A stretch of DNA of 64,000 nucleotides, from the NCBI GenBank assembly GCA_030390025.1, contig CM059432.1, forward strand, positions 18,478,001-18,542,000, read 5' to 3'. Each line of letters begins with the position of its first letter. Position 1 is the first letter of the stretch. Source of the DNA: Squalus acanthias. Its lineage: Eukaryota. The translations under genes were made by a program, and so were the position numbers. This document shows positions 26,390 through 39,270 of the stretch, one piece after another. Under the pieces are notes generated by a model. It did not search any database, had not been told where the DNA came from, and worked only from the letters and a program-made list of their open reading frames with translations.

Positions 26390-27475
26390 TTTTTTTTAAA
26401 TTCGTTTTTTTATGGGATGTGGGCGTCGCTGGCAAGGCCAGCATTTATTGCCCATCCCTAATTGCTTTTGAGAAGGTGGTGGTGAGCCACCTTCATTGAA
26501 CCACTGCAGTCCGTGTGGTGAAGGTAATCCCACAGTGCTGTTAGGGAGGGAGTTCCAGGAGTTTGACCCAGCGACGGCGATATATTTCCACATCAGGATG
26601 GTGTGTGACTTGGAGGGGATGGCGTTCCCATGCACCTGCTGCCCTTGTCCTTCTAAGTCAGCAGTAGTGCTACCGAGCCACACTTGGTGATGGACATTGA
26701 AGTCCCCCATTCTGTGCCCTTGCTACTCTCAGTGCTTTTTCCAAGTGGAGTATTGATTCATCAGCTGAGGGAGGGCAGTAGGTGGTTTCGTTGCTCATGT
26801 TTGACCTGAGACTTCATGGGGTCCGGAGTCAATGTCGAGGACTCCCAGGGCCACTCCTTCCCGACTGTATACCACTGTGCCACCACCCCTGGTGTGTCTG
26901 TCCTGCTGGTGGGATAGGACATACCCAGGGATGGTGATGGAGGTGTTTGGGATGATTCTGTGAGTATGACTATGTCAGGCTGCTGCTTGACAACTCCCCC
27001 AATTTTAGCACAAGTCCCCAGATGTTGGTGAAGAGGACTTTTCAGGGTCAACTCGGCTGGGTGTGCCATTGCCGTGTCCGTAGCCAGTGCCAAGGTCGAT
27101 TCCGGGTGGCCGTCCAGTTTCATTCTTATTATTGTTTTTCACAGCAGTTTGTTACAACTGAGAGACTTGCTAGGCCATTTCAAAGGGGTAGTTAAGAGTC
27201 AACCACGTTGCTGTGGGTCTAGAAGTCACATATAGGCCAGTCCAGCGAAGGACAGCAGATTTATTTTCCTAAAGGACATTAGCAAAACCAGATGGGTTTT
27301 TAACGACAATCCAATAGTTTCATTACAGATGCGAGCTTTTTATTCCAGATTTATTTAATTAATTGAATTTAAATTCCCCAGCTACCATGGGGGGATTTGA
27401 ACTCACGTCTCTGGATCTATTAGATCAGTCCTCTGGATTACTAGCCCAGTGACATTACCACTATGCTACCGTTCC
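26390..27475 (-). mobile_element. Internally deleted LINE-B with tRNA-like 5' head, start of APE endonuclease, and LINE 3' end plus poly-A
   Basis: A box 27458-27468, B box 27393-27404; NIWGL..KQQPDIVILTES and GDFNVHH endonuclease motifs; junction at ~26655 to the LINE-B 3' end. Confidence 0.8.
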
Positions 27476-27499
27476 TGACACGAGTGGTGGGCGATTAAG

Positions 27500-27830
27500 A
27501 AAAGAAAGAAAGACTTGCATTTATACAGCGCCTTTCACGACCACCGGACATCTCAAAGCGCTTTACAGCCAATGAAGTACTTTTGAAGTGGAGTCACTGT
27601 TGTAATGTGGGAAATGCGGCAGCCAATTTGCGCACAGCAAGCTCCCACCATCAGCAATGTGATAATGACCAGATAATCTGTTTCAGTGATGTTGGTTGAG
27701 GGATAAATATTGGCCAGGACACCGGGGATAACTCCCCTGCTCTTCTTCAAAATAGTGCCATGGGATCGTTTACATCCACCTGAGAGAGCAGACGGGGCCT
27801 CGGTTTAACGTCTCAACCGAAAGACTGGCA
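27500..27830 (-). mobile_element. Deu-domain SINE, head missing
   Basis: Near-identical to 15270-15600. Confidence 0.85.
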
Positions 27831-29696
27831 GGCAACTGTAAAGGGAAAGTGAACTCTAGGTGCAAGCATGGGTCTGCAGGCAAGTGATAGATGCCTGTTT
27901 GATGGCTGCTGAAGTCAAGGTGTTGCTGCATGAGATGCTTTTGAGGAAGGCTGACCTCTGCATCACTTCATAGAATCATAGAATAATACAGCATGGAGGA
28001 AGGCTATTCGGCCCATCATGCCTGTGACGGCTCTCTGAAGGAGCTACCACTTAGTCCCACTCCCACATCCAGGCACCATCCCCATAGGCTAGCACTGCAA
28101 GCAGCTGCAATCAAGTTTCAGGCTGCAGGTGACCATTATGGACCCCATATGTGCCAGCCCTCTGTTGCATGATTGCTGCAAATGCTCTTACAGCAGATGG
28201 GAAAGCTCTGTATCCACCTCTCCGCAGACTCAGGCCTTCAGAAGACAGGTCCCAGTAGTCATTGACACGTCGGTGCGTCCCGTCCACAAAAATGGTTGCT
28301 GGCATCTCGGCATGCCTTCTTTCATGCAGCTCCATGCAAAACCAGACACCTTGTGATTGGGGGACTTCTGATGAATCATCCAGCATAATGGTTAGGCAGG
28401 TGTGGAGATATCATAGAGGAGCTGGCAGAGCTGTGGTGGTGCAGCTTCCTGCAGGAAGGGAAGTCTCCACCAACACTACATCTACCAAAGTGAGGCACTT
28501 TCACTTCTATCTGAGGGTTTCAGTGGGAGGGCACAAAGCAGCCTGACTTACCTGGCATCCCTCTGTAGGTCTGCCTCTCCTGAACGTGTGAGCTCAGAGA
28601 ATCGCTAGTGGCAAACCCATTAATACCAGGAAATAATTAATGACAACTGGCACAAAGGCTCATGAAAGCCCAAGTGCCAACAGGAAAGAAGCAAATAAAT
28701 CCAGAAATGGCCCAAAACACTTACTTGAAGCATCGTGGTCCTTTTAAATGCCCCTCCACCTGAAAAGTTCACTCACGCCAAGTTTCCTTGTTGCAGTGAA
28801 GACTTGTTGTCACAAACATGCAGTGGGGGCCTTACCTGTCTCCTTCCAACAGTGAAATGTCTCTCCTACCTGCTTCCAATAACCACCTAAGATCCAATCA
28901 GAGATCTAGGTGACCAGTGTCATTAGATGGAAATCAGGTCAATCTGACTCCTGATGACTTTCACGGCATGCCCGAGGCTGAAATTTGACAGGGGTTCCAC
29001 CTGTCTCTTGTAGTAACTCTGGCAGAACCCCCAGGAAAGTGGTTGTTTACCCCCAGGCCAACTCAGACGGGTCTAAGGATGATACGAGTGGTGGGAGAGA
29101 AAACCCTCATGGTATTGCAGCCTCCAGCAAAAAGCGGAGGCAGTTGGACTGTACCAGACACTGAGGACAGCCTCACTGTGTCATTGTTTGAGTTCTGAAA
29201 GGGCAGTCTTGTTTCTTTTTTTTTTTGCTAACCTCCTTTACTACTCTCACAGTGGGACAGATTTGCCTGTTCTAGCACCCGTCTGGGATCAGTGCACTAA
29301 GGGCTATGTAGCCACACCCCAAGTGGCCAGCACTTCTGAAAGTGGTTTGCCTACCTCTTCGACCATCCCTGCTAATATCTCCTTCTTTGTCTCGGTGTCC
29401 ATTTTTGTCTGATTACTTCACTGTGAAGCATGTTGGGATGTTTCTCGACGTTAAAAGCGCTATAGAAAAAACGTTGTTGTTGTTGTTGTTGTTGCTCAGA
29501 TCAGCTACTTGTTGCCCTAAACAGCTGAGCCATTGAGGAAACCGTTTTGAATATGAAATTATGAAATATGAATTATGAAATACATTTGAAATTGAAAGTC
29601 CTTGGTCCTTACAAAGTTAGCATTTACTTCACATATTATGGGGCAATCTTACACTATCCAAGTCTAGTACAAAATGACTCACTCTGATATTCAGCG

Positions 29697-30650
29697 AGAA
29701 ACATAGAAACATGGAAAAATAGGAGCAGGAGTAGGCCATTCAGCCCTTCGAATCTGCTCCGCCATTCAATATGATCATGGCTGATCCTCTATCTCAATAC
29801 CATATTCCAGCTCTCTCCCCATACCCCTTGATGCCTTTTGTGTCCAGAAATCTATCTATCTCCTTCTTAAATATATTCAATGACTTGGCTTCCACAGCCT
29901 TCTGTGGTAGAGAATTCCACAGGTTCACCACCCTCTGAGTGAAGAAATTTCTCCTCATCTCAGTCCTAAATGTCCTACCCCGTATCCTGAGACTGTGACC
30001 CCTCGTTCTAGACCCCTCAGCCAGGGGAAACATCCTCCCTGCATCCAGTCTGTCTAGCCCTGTCAGAATTTTATACGTTTCAATGCGATCCCCTCTCATT
30101 CTTCTAAACTCTAGTGAATACAGGCCTAGTCGACCCAATCTCTCCTCATACGACAGTCCTGCCATCCCAGGAATCAGTCTGGTGAACCTTCGCTGCACTC
30201 CCTCTATGGCAAGCATATCCTTTCTGAGGTAAGGAGACCAAAACTGCACACAGTACTCCAGGTGTGGTCTCACCAAGGCCCTGTATAACTGTAGTAAGAC
30301 ATCCTTGCTCCTGTACTCAAATCCTCTTGCAATGAAGGACAACATACCATTTGCCTTCCTTACTACTTGCTGCACCTGCATGTTTACTTTCAGTGACTGG
30401 TGTACAAGGACACCCAGGTCCCTTTGTACATCAGCATTTCCCAATCTATCACCATTTAAATAATTCTCTACCTTTCTGTTTTTCCTACTGAAGTGGATAA
30501 CTTCACATTTATCCATGTTATACTGCATCTGCCATGTATTTGCCCACTCACTCAACTTATCTAAATCGCCTTGAAGCCTCTTTGCATCCTCCTCACAACT
30601 CACAATCCCACCTAGTTTCGTGTCATCAGCAAACTTGGATATATTACAAG
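29697..30650 (-). mobile_element. CR1 (HER1-like) 3' portion with open 290-aa ORF remnant
   Basis: ORF 29794-30666, FADD to C-terminus; very similar to 20660-21600. Confidence 0.95.
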
Positions 30651-31374
30651 AAGGCTGTTTTACCACAGGTCACCTCGCATATGGGTCAAAGGAGTGGATA
30701 CTAAATTTAGCAGCAGGGGCAGAGAAAACTGCAAGAAAGGATCAAAAATCAATTATGCTGTATGTGTAGAACAAAGTCTAGTGGCAAAATATGAATTGCC
30801 CATTGAGCATGAAATTGTATTTGGCACTAAAACGAACATTATCATTTAATGCTATTACCATTAAATTAAATGATAGGCTATTAGCGCAAAATGTATTTAC
30901 TTCGTAAGGATAATTTCAGGGCACTAAATAAGATATTACTGAAGCAGAAAATTCTGGTTATACAATAACTTAAAGGATAATTGGAACAAAGTAGAACTAA
31001 ATCAAAAACTTTATTTTTGTTAAAGCTGAAGTATATTCTATTGAATTCCCATATAATTTCCTGAATGTAATGTAATAAAGCGAGCTATTGTAACAATTCT
31101 AAGCGTTGGTCAGTCACCTCTTTTTGTTGTTTTACGCTGTCAAACCTCTTCAAACAGATAGGAGGTTCTTCAACACTAAGATCATGAATGAGGAAATCTA
31201 CTATGAAGTCATGACGTGTATACTCTATGAATGGTGTAGAGCTAGATAAAGGTGAGGTTGAACATGTCAAGTCAATATGTAGCAGTAGTCAACAACTGAA
31301 CAAAATGTTGAACTGCACTGCAAAAGTAGCCAGTGAATGTCATGCTAAAACTGCAGAGTGTGCTGGTCAGATAA

Positions 31375-31612
31375 CAACAGAAACTTACATTAATATAGTG
31401 CCTTTAACGCAGTAAAATGTCCCAAGGTGCTTCACAGGGGCGTTATCAAACAAAATTTGACACCGAGCCACATGAGGAGAGATTAAGACAGAGGACCAAA
31501 GGCTTGGTCATAGAGGTAGGTTTTAAGAAGCGGATGCTCCTTAAAGGAGGAGAGAGTGGTAGAGAGGTGGAGAGGTTTAGGGAGGGAATCCCAGAGCTTA
31601 GGGCAGGCAGCT
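31375..31612 (-). mobile_element. L2-type 3' fragment, split by LINE-B; resumes at 33491-33515
   Basis: GGCAGCT | GCTGAAGGCACGGCCGCCAATGGTG colinear across the insertion. Confidence 0.75.
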
Positions 31613-33490
31613 AAAAAGCAGAAGCAGCACGCTAAGCGATCCCACAATCAACAGATCAGATCAAAGCTCTGCAGTCCTGCCACATCCAGTCGTGAATGGT
31701 GGTGGACCATTAAACAAATAATGGGAGGAGGAGTCTCTATGTATATCCCCATCCTCAATGATGGTGGAGCCCCCAGCACGTTGTTGCAAAAGACAAGGCT
31801 GAAGCGTTTGCAACCATCTTCAGCCAGAAGTGCCAAGTGGATGATCCATATCGGCCTACTCCTGAGGTCCCCACCATCACAGAAGCCAGTCTTCAGCCAA
31901 TTTAATTCACTCCACATGATATCAAGAAACAGCTGAGCGCACTAGATACAGCAAAGGCTACGGGCCCCGACAACATCCCGGCTGTCGTGCTGAAGACTTG
32001 TGCTCCAGAACTAGCCGCGCCTCTCGCCAAGCTGTTCCAGTACAGCTACAACACTGGCATCTATCCGACAATGTGGAAAACTGCCCAGGTTTGTCCTGTC
32101 CACAAAAAGCAGGACAAATCCAATCTGGCCAATTACCGCCCCATCAGTTTACTCTCAATCATCAGCAAAGTGGTGGAAGGTGTCATCGACAGTGCTATCA
32201 AGCAGCACTTACTCACCAATAACCTGCTCAATGATGCCCAGTTTGGGTTCTGCCGAGACCACTCGGCTCCCGACTTCATTACAGCCTTGGTCCAAACATG
32301 GACAAAGGAGCTGAATTCCAGAGGTGAGTTGAGAGTGAATGCCCTTGACATCAAGGCAGCATTTGACCGAGTGTTGCATCAAGGAGCCCTAGTAAAACTG
32401 AAGTCAATGGGAATTGGGGGGAAAACTCTCCACTGGCTGGAGTCATACCTAGCACAAAGGAAGATGGTTGTGGTGGTTGAAGTTCAATCATCACAGCCCC
32501 AGGACATCGTTGCAGGGGTTCCTCAGGGCAGTGTCCTAGGCCCAACCATCTTCAGCTGCTTCATCAATGACCTTCCCTCCAACATAAGGTCAGAAATGGG
32601 GATGTTCGCTGATGACTGCAGTGTTCAGTGCCATTCACAACTCCTCAGATAATGAATCAGTCCATGCCTGCATGCAACAAAACCTGGACGACGTTCAGGC
32701 TTGGGCTGATAAGTGGCAGATAACATTCGCGCCACAGAAGTGCCAGGCAATGACTATCTCCAAAAAGCGCGTGTCTAACCACCGCCCATTGACATTCAAT
32801 GGGATTACCATTGCCAAATCCCCCACCATCAACATCCTGGGGGTCACCATTGACAAGAAACTTAACTGGAACAGCCACATAAATACTGTGGCAACAAGAG
32901 CAGGTCAGAGGCTAGGTATTCTGTGGTGAGTGCCTCACCTCGTGACCTCCCAAAGCCTTTCCACCATCTACAAGGCACAAGTAAGGAGTGTGATGGAATA
33001 CTCTCCACTTGCCTGGATGAGTGCAGCTCCAACAACACTCAAGAAGCTCGACACCATCCAGGACAAAGCAGCCCGCTTGATTGGCACCCCATCCACCACC
33101 TTAAACATTCACTCCCTCCACCACCGGCGTACCGTGGCTGCAGTGTGTACCATCTACAAGATACACTTTATGCCAAGGCTTCTTTGGCAGCACCTCCCAA
33201 ACCCGTGACCTCTTTCGCCTAGAAGGACAAGGGCTGCAGGCGCATGGGAACACCACCACCTCCAAATCACACACCATCCTGACTTAGAATTATATCGCCG
33301 TTCCTTCATTGTCGCTGGGTCAAAATGCTGGAACTCCCTCCCTAACAGCACTGTGGGAGTACCTTCACCACACGGACTGCTGCGGTTCAAGGCGGCGGCT
33401 CACCACCACCTTCTCAAGGGCAATTAGGGATGGGCAATAAATGCTGGCCTTGCCAGCAACGCCCACATCCCATAAATGAATAAAAAAAAA
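31613..33490 (+). mobile_element. LINE-B, 5'-truncated, with RT and poly-A tail
   Basis: RT ORFs 31987-32652 etc. ([31 protein letters not shown]); short duplication AGCT at both flanks. Confidence 0.95.
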
Positions 33491-34139
33491 GCTGAAGGCA
33501 CGGCCGCCAATGGTGAGAAGCCCGAACCATTTTCATGGGCAGCTCACTGATCGGTGGGAAGATGGAAAATCCCATTGCTTCTTCAAGGAGCTAAACCGGA
33601 AATGGATGCTTAAAGAAGCGGATGCACTAAGGGACTGGCAGTGGGTCGGAGATTTTTGTGGGACTAGAAGGAGCATTGCTCCTGCTGGCCTCACAAAAAT
33701 AGTGCCATAGCTTTATCTTAGCATTTCCAGAGGGGCCTGCAGTGTTCCCTTTAAGGACCATTGGTTGAGCTGCTCAGTGCTCACTTTCACTGGGTGATGC
33801 GTGCAGTGTAATGCCACAATTGCAGCTGGTTCTTAACAAATGGCGTAGGACCCCAATTTAAATATTTTAATGAGGTTCCCGCATGTTTCACGTAGGGGCG
33901 CTGGATGCCTACACGAAAATCGAGTTGGGTGGCTAGTGAGTAGTAGGTTTAAAAAATAAAATTCTTTGCCTACCACCCCATTTTTCAATGTGAATTGTGG
34001 CAGATGGAGTTTAATGAGAGGAAGTGTGAGGTCATCTACTTTGAAAGGGTTAACATATGAAGACAGCTTGCATAAACTTGGTTTGTATTCCCTTAAATTT
34101 AGAAGGATGAGGGGTGATCTAATCAAGGTGTTTAAAATC

Positions 34140-34790
34140 AACAATAGAGAAGTAAAATTAGAAGAAAGAGGAATGGGGAGGTTACAATCACCAAGGGCAA
34201 AAAGACCTTCAGGGGAAAGGCTGAGGGAAGAAAGGAGAAAGATCATCTCAGGAAGGACGTCGACATTGGATTTGGGAGGGGAATATACAATGAGGATTTT
34301 GAAAGAAAGGCTCAATGGATGGAAACAGGTAACATGCTCGAGTGAGGAGAATGGACCAGAAGACTAAGGGGATGGGCCAAAATAAGATTTAGCGATGATG
34401 GCCACGATTTGGGCAGAGAAGGAATAGCCAAACTTCAGAAGGCTTCAGAAAGGTGGAAGGAGTCACCTATCATGAGCGATGTCTCACTGAGTGCAGTTAT
34501 GACGATACAATCATCGCTGCAACATCATAAATGGTGCTTGCTCACAAAGAGTGAGTGTTCTGAAGGGAAATGCGGAAAGTGGTGGTGATTGTAGATCCAC
34601 TGGCGGGATTGGAGTGAGCAGCAAGGGGGAGGGAAGAGGATGGGGAACAAATTGGAGCAATAATCCTCCAATGAACACTTAAGGCAAGATGGTTGCCAAG
34701 AGTGGAGAATATAAAATTTGGATTTTCAGGGAGCCTTTTCTGCCTCAAGCTCAGGAAGTCCCCTTGGCTGCTTGATCTGCCACTGGTCAG
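34140..34790 (-). mobile_element. Old L2-like LINE endonuclease fragment
   Basis: FKILIVYSPP..LLSSL..LGDCN resembles the APE IYRPP..LGDFN motifs. Confidence 0.55.
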
Positions 34791-35125
34791 AAACGTGTTG
34801 GACACTGAGCACGTGGAATCGTTTCTTTTCGATGTAGGTGATAGGACTGATCCAGGGTGCATGTAGGACCACATAGGTGCAATCTATGACTTCTAATATT
34901 TGGGGACTGCTGCCCCTCAGTAAAATTGCAGTGCCTGTCTTGCTGCCTCTGTTTGTCCATGGGGAAGGTGAGGAACTGGTTTGTTTTTATCAAACAATGC
35001 CCCCTGTGCAGAGCTGACTGACTAATGTTACTGACATCTGCAGAGGCAGCCTGAGTCACCCTACAGCATAAACATTCGGGGCATTTTTTGACCGTCAAAC
35101 CAACTGGCAGAAAGGTGCCCATGGT
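34787..35125 (-). pseudogene. Highly degenerate Harbinger transposase fragment
   Basis: QAASADVSNISQSALH..FLTFPMDKQRQQDR then, after a frameshift, IDCTYVVLHAP..KKRFHVLSVQHVSD; aligns by eye to QAAAGDLANISQFAVH..FISFPM..IDCTHVALRAP..RKGFHSLNVQLVCD in the intact TPase. Confidence 0.8.
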
Positions 35126-35822
35126 GAAAGTGGGCTGCAGGCCAGTTGGCGTAACTTATTGTTGGCTTCTCTTGTGACATGCAGTTTCTGCAGTCACTGC
35201 AACTGGATGAGTTGAAGGTAGGCTGTAGGTTGCCTGTAAATTCTGGAGTGGAGAACTGATTAAATATAAGAGATTTAGCACAGAGAGAAATTGAAACTGT
35301 TTCTTAAACAGAGGGTTACAAGGCTGTGGACTACACTACCAGAGCCATTGATTAAAGAAGAGACCACAATAGGGATAGGTTAGATAGGTGGTTGAAGGGG
35401 AATAAAGGACAATGGGATTAGAGCGAGCACATGGGATAAGGACTACTGCTCATATGGAGCGTAAACACCAACACGGACTGGTCAGGTCGAATGGCCTGTT
35501 TCCGTGTTGTAATTCTGTCTCCTGTGATGCCTGACCAGCCGGCACTCCTTCCACTCCTCACCCTTTTTCTTTTTCCAAGAAGCAAAGATACAGAGGGATG
35601 GCCTCTTTAGAATTGGAAGAGAGGGAAAAATGAAAGCAGAAGGCATAAAGATAGATATTAAACTAGTTCATACCAAAAAACTGAAAATATAATTATTCAA
35701 ATCAGCTGAGAAATCAGTTTGTTATGAATCCTGTTTTAACAGCAACTGAGCGCTTGAATTGAATTTCTGCTTTCCAAATACCACCTAGCAATGGTGGCCA
35801 CCCATTTCATTGCGGTGTGATT

Positions 35823-36150
35823 AATTTTTTAAAATTCATTTTATGGGATGTGGGCGTCGCTGGCAAGGCCAGCATTTATTGCCCATCCCTAGTTGCCCTC
35901 GAGAAGGTGGTGGTGAGCCGCCTTCTTGAACCGCTGCAGTCCGTGTGGTGAGGGTACTCCCACAGTGCTGTTAGGAAGGGAGTTCCGGGATTTTGACCCA
36001 GCGACGATGAAGGATCGGTGATATACTTCTAAGTCAGGATGGTGTGTGACTTGGAGGGGAACTTGGAGGTGGTGGTGTTCCCATGCGCCTGCTGCCCTTG
36101 TCCTTCTCGGTGGAAGAGGTCGCGGGTTTGGGAGGTGCTGCCGAAGAAGG
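35823..36150 (-). mobile_element. LINE-B 3' fragment
   Basis: Matches other LINE-B tails. Confidence 0.9.
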
Positions 36151-36909
36151 AGGAGGTAATGACAAAAAATGGGACGTAGGATACCACCACATTTAAGGAC
36201 CCTCACCTATAGTTGGGCGAGTGCTATCAGTGTTGGGTAGAGTTAGTGTCTGAAAATCATATGGGCAAAAAAAAGAGCACGGATTCGAAGTTACAGATCT
36301 CTCCCCCGCCCGTCTCAGCACCGCCTGAACATTGGATGGAATGAAATGGAAAATCCAGCCTTGTGTGTCTGTTCTGGTTGGCCAGCTGAATGAATGATTA
36401 AACAGGATGTGGAACAAAGGGTTTGAAAAATGTCTACTTTATCAATAGCTTCTTGAATTCTGATTAAAGCATAACCTGGATCTCTTAGTAAGCTAATGAT
36501 ATATTTGCAGGATAGAATTGCAATTGAAAAAAAAGTAAGCAGAAGACACAAGTTTGCCTGCCTTTCCAAAGATGTGTCATAACCATTTAATCACTAGTAA
36601 GGCCACTGTAATGAATGATATTATCAAGGGACTGGCTCTACACAGTTATTGGAGTTCATAAGTAGAATAGGATTTCCTACTTACTTATCACAGGATCTGT
36701 GCTCGTGTCTAGAGAGTCACTTTTTGAGAGCAAAGGGGAAATCTATTTATAATTTGTTTGCCTCATTATAATCTTTTATATCTGTTCACACAGCAACAGT
36801 GTGAGCTTGCTCTGTGAATGTGAAATATTTCACAAACAGTCACCAATACAACGTAGCACCATGTTTTACTTGAAAACAGCTTGTAGGGATTGTAGCTTGT
36901 GATATTGGT

Positions 36910-37161
36910 GAATGTCCACCATTGGTGGCCGTGCCTTCAGCTGCCAAGGACCTAAGCTCTGGAATTCCCTCTCTAAACCTCTTCACCTCTCTACCTCTAT
37001 TTACTCCTTTCAGAGACTCCTTAAAACCTTCCTCTGGTCATCTGTCCTAATATCTCCTTATGTGGTTCGGTGTCAAATATTGTTTTATAACACTCCTGAG
37101 AAGTACCTTGGGACGTTTTACTACGTTAAAGGCGCGATATAAATACAAGTTGTTGTTGTTG
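36910..37161 (+). mobile_element. L2-type 3' end with (TTG)n tail
   Basis: GGRAFS..PKLWNSL motif followed by AAAGGCGCGATATAAATACAAGTTGTTG. Confidence 0.8.
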
Positions 37162-37215
37162 AAAAACAGGTTGGAACCGATCAGACTGCATAGTGAGCCA
37201 GGATAATTTGCCAAT

Positions 37216-38432
37216 ACATTGGTTGCAATATACCAAAGTTCCCTGGACTCTGGAGAGGTCCCAGCGGATTGGAAAACCGCAAATGTAACACCCCTATTTA
37301 AGAAAGGAGGGAGACAGAAAGCAGGAAACTATAGACCAGTTAGCCTAATATCTGATGTTGGGAAAATGCTGGAGTCCTTCATTAAGGAAGCAGTAGCAGG
37401 GCATTTGGAAAACCATAATTTAGTCAAGCAGGTCAGCATGGTTTTATGAAAGGGAAATCATGTTTAACAAATTTGCTGGAGTTCTTTGAGGATGTAACGA
37501 GCAGGGTGGACAAAGGTGAGCCAGTGGATGTGGTGTATTTGGATTTCCAGAAGGTATTCGATAAGGTGACACATAAAAGGATACTGCATAATATAAGAGC
37601 TCACGGAGTTGGGGGTAAAATATTAGCATGGATAGAGAATTGGCTAACTCACAGAAAGCAGAGAGTCGGGATAAATGGGTCATTTTCCGGTTGGCAAACG
37701 GTAACTAGTAGGGTGCCACAGGGATTGGTGCTGGGGCCTGAACTATTTACAATCTACATTAATGACTTGGATGAAGGGACCGAATGTAATGTAGCCATGT
37801 TTGCGGATGATACAAAGATGGGTGGGAAAGCAAGTTGTGCAGAGGACTCAAAGAACCTGCAAAGGGATATAGACAGGCTAAGTGAGTGGGCAAACATTTG
37901 GCAGATGGAGTATAATGTGGGAAAGTGCGAAGTTATCCACTTTGGCAGGAAAAATAAAAAAGCAAATTATTATTTAAATGGAGAGAGATTACAAAATGCT
38001 ACAGTTCAGAGGGACCTGGTGGTCCTTGTGCATGAAACACAAAAAGTTAGCATGCAGGTACAGCAAGTAATCAAAAAGGCAAATGGAATATTGGCCTTTA
38101 TTGCAAACGGGTTGGAGTATAAAAGCAGGAAAGTCCTGCTACAACTGTACAGGGTATTGGTGAGACCACACCTCGAGTACTGCGTACAGTTTTGGTCTCC
38201 TTATTTAAGGAAGGATATACTTGCATTGGAGGCAGTTCAGAGACGATTCACTAGGTTAATTCCAGAGATGAGGGGGTTGACTTATGAGGAAAGGTTGAAC
38301 GGGTTGGGCCTATACACATTGGAATTTAGAAGAATGAGAGGTGATCTTATTGAAACATATAAGATACTGAGGGGGCTGACAGGGTAGATGCAGAGCAGAT
38401 GTTTCCCCTCATGGGGAAATCTAGAAGCAGGC
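37216..38432 (+). mobile_element. CR1 LINE RT fragment, same subfamily as 5241-6960
   Basis: 313-aa ORF 37446-38387 nearly identical to the 5935-6879 product. Confidence 0.95.
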
Positions 38433-39270
38433 TTATTAATGGAAGTGTGGCTGAGAACAATGTTGCCATATTGATAGCAAATCTCACTCCTCAGCCGCCA
38501 TATTTAGTCAGCTTCTGAGAAAGTAAGGAAGACTTGCATTTATATAGAGCCATTCACGACCACCGGACGTCCCAAAGTGCTTTACACCCAATGAAGTACT
38601 TTTTTGAAGTGTAGCCACTGTTGTAATGTTGTAATGCTTCTCAGAGGAAGAAAACAAGTCCTATCAGATCGAAAATGATGGAGGTGAGTTTAATTTGGAG
38701 CATACATCAGGCAGGCGGAGGGCAGAGCTAACACACCACCCTTCTGTGTGGAAGCAGGCACTGACTGTTCCCGTGGACTGGGTGCAATACACAACATTTT
38801 GCGGCCTCCAGGGACATGCAGATGCCCGATATGTGCCACTTTTGCCGCGACATCCCACCAGGAGCATCCTAAGCAGGAAACCTCCTCAACTGTGGCTCAG
38901 TGGGTAGCAGTCTCGCCTCTGAGTCAGAAGGTGGTGGGGGTGAAATTGGGTATCGCCCTGTTTGGGCCGTTAACTTTTGAAATTTTGAAAGTTTAGCCCC
39001 AGGCACTAAGGATTCTGAACTTCTACTAAATTGGGTGTTGGTGCCCCAGGAAGGAAGTGGGGCGCTAAATCAAGCGCTAATGACCTCAGTGGGGCGCTAC
39101 AGGGGCGCTACCAGCAGTGCGCTAAGGAATTTCAGGTGCAATGTATTCAGCAATGATCCTTCACACTGGTTCCTTCCTGCTCTTAAAGGGGAGGTTGCAT
39201 CATTGTGCAGACGATGCTCATTTTCAGCATTGCTGGCTTTGAGGCGACCTGCGAGCAAGTGAATCCCCTG

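Noticed and set aside
28070..29000. Possible further decayed Harbinger (FQAAGD-like peptide, donor and TATA-like motifs)
   Set aside because: Similarity too weak to support by eye; needs an HMM or tBLASTn search.
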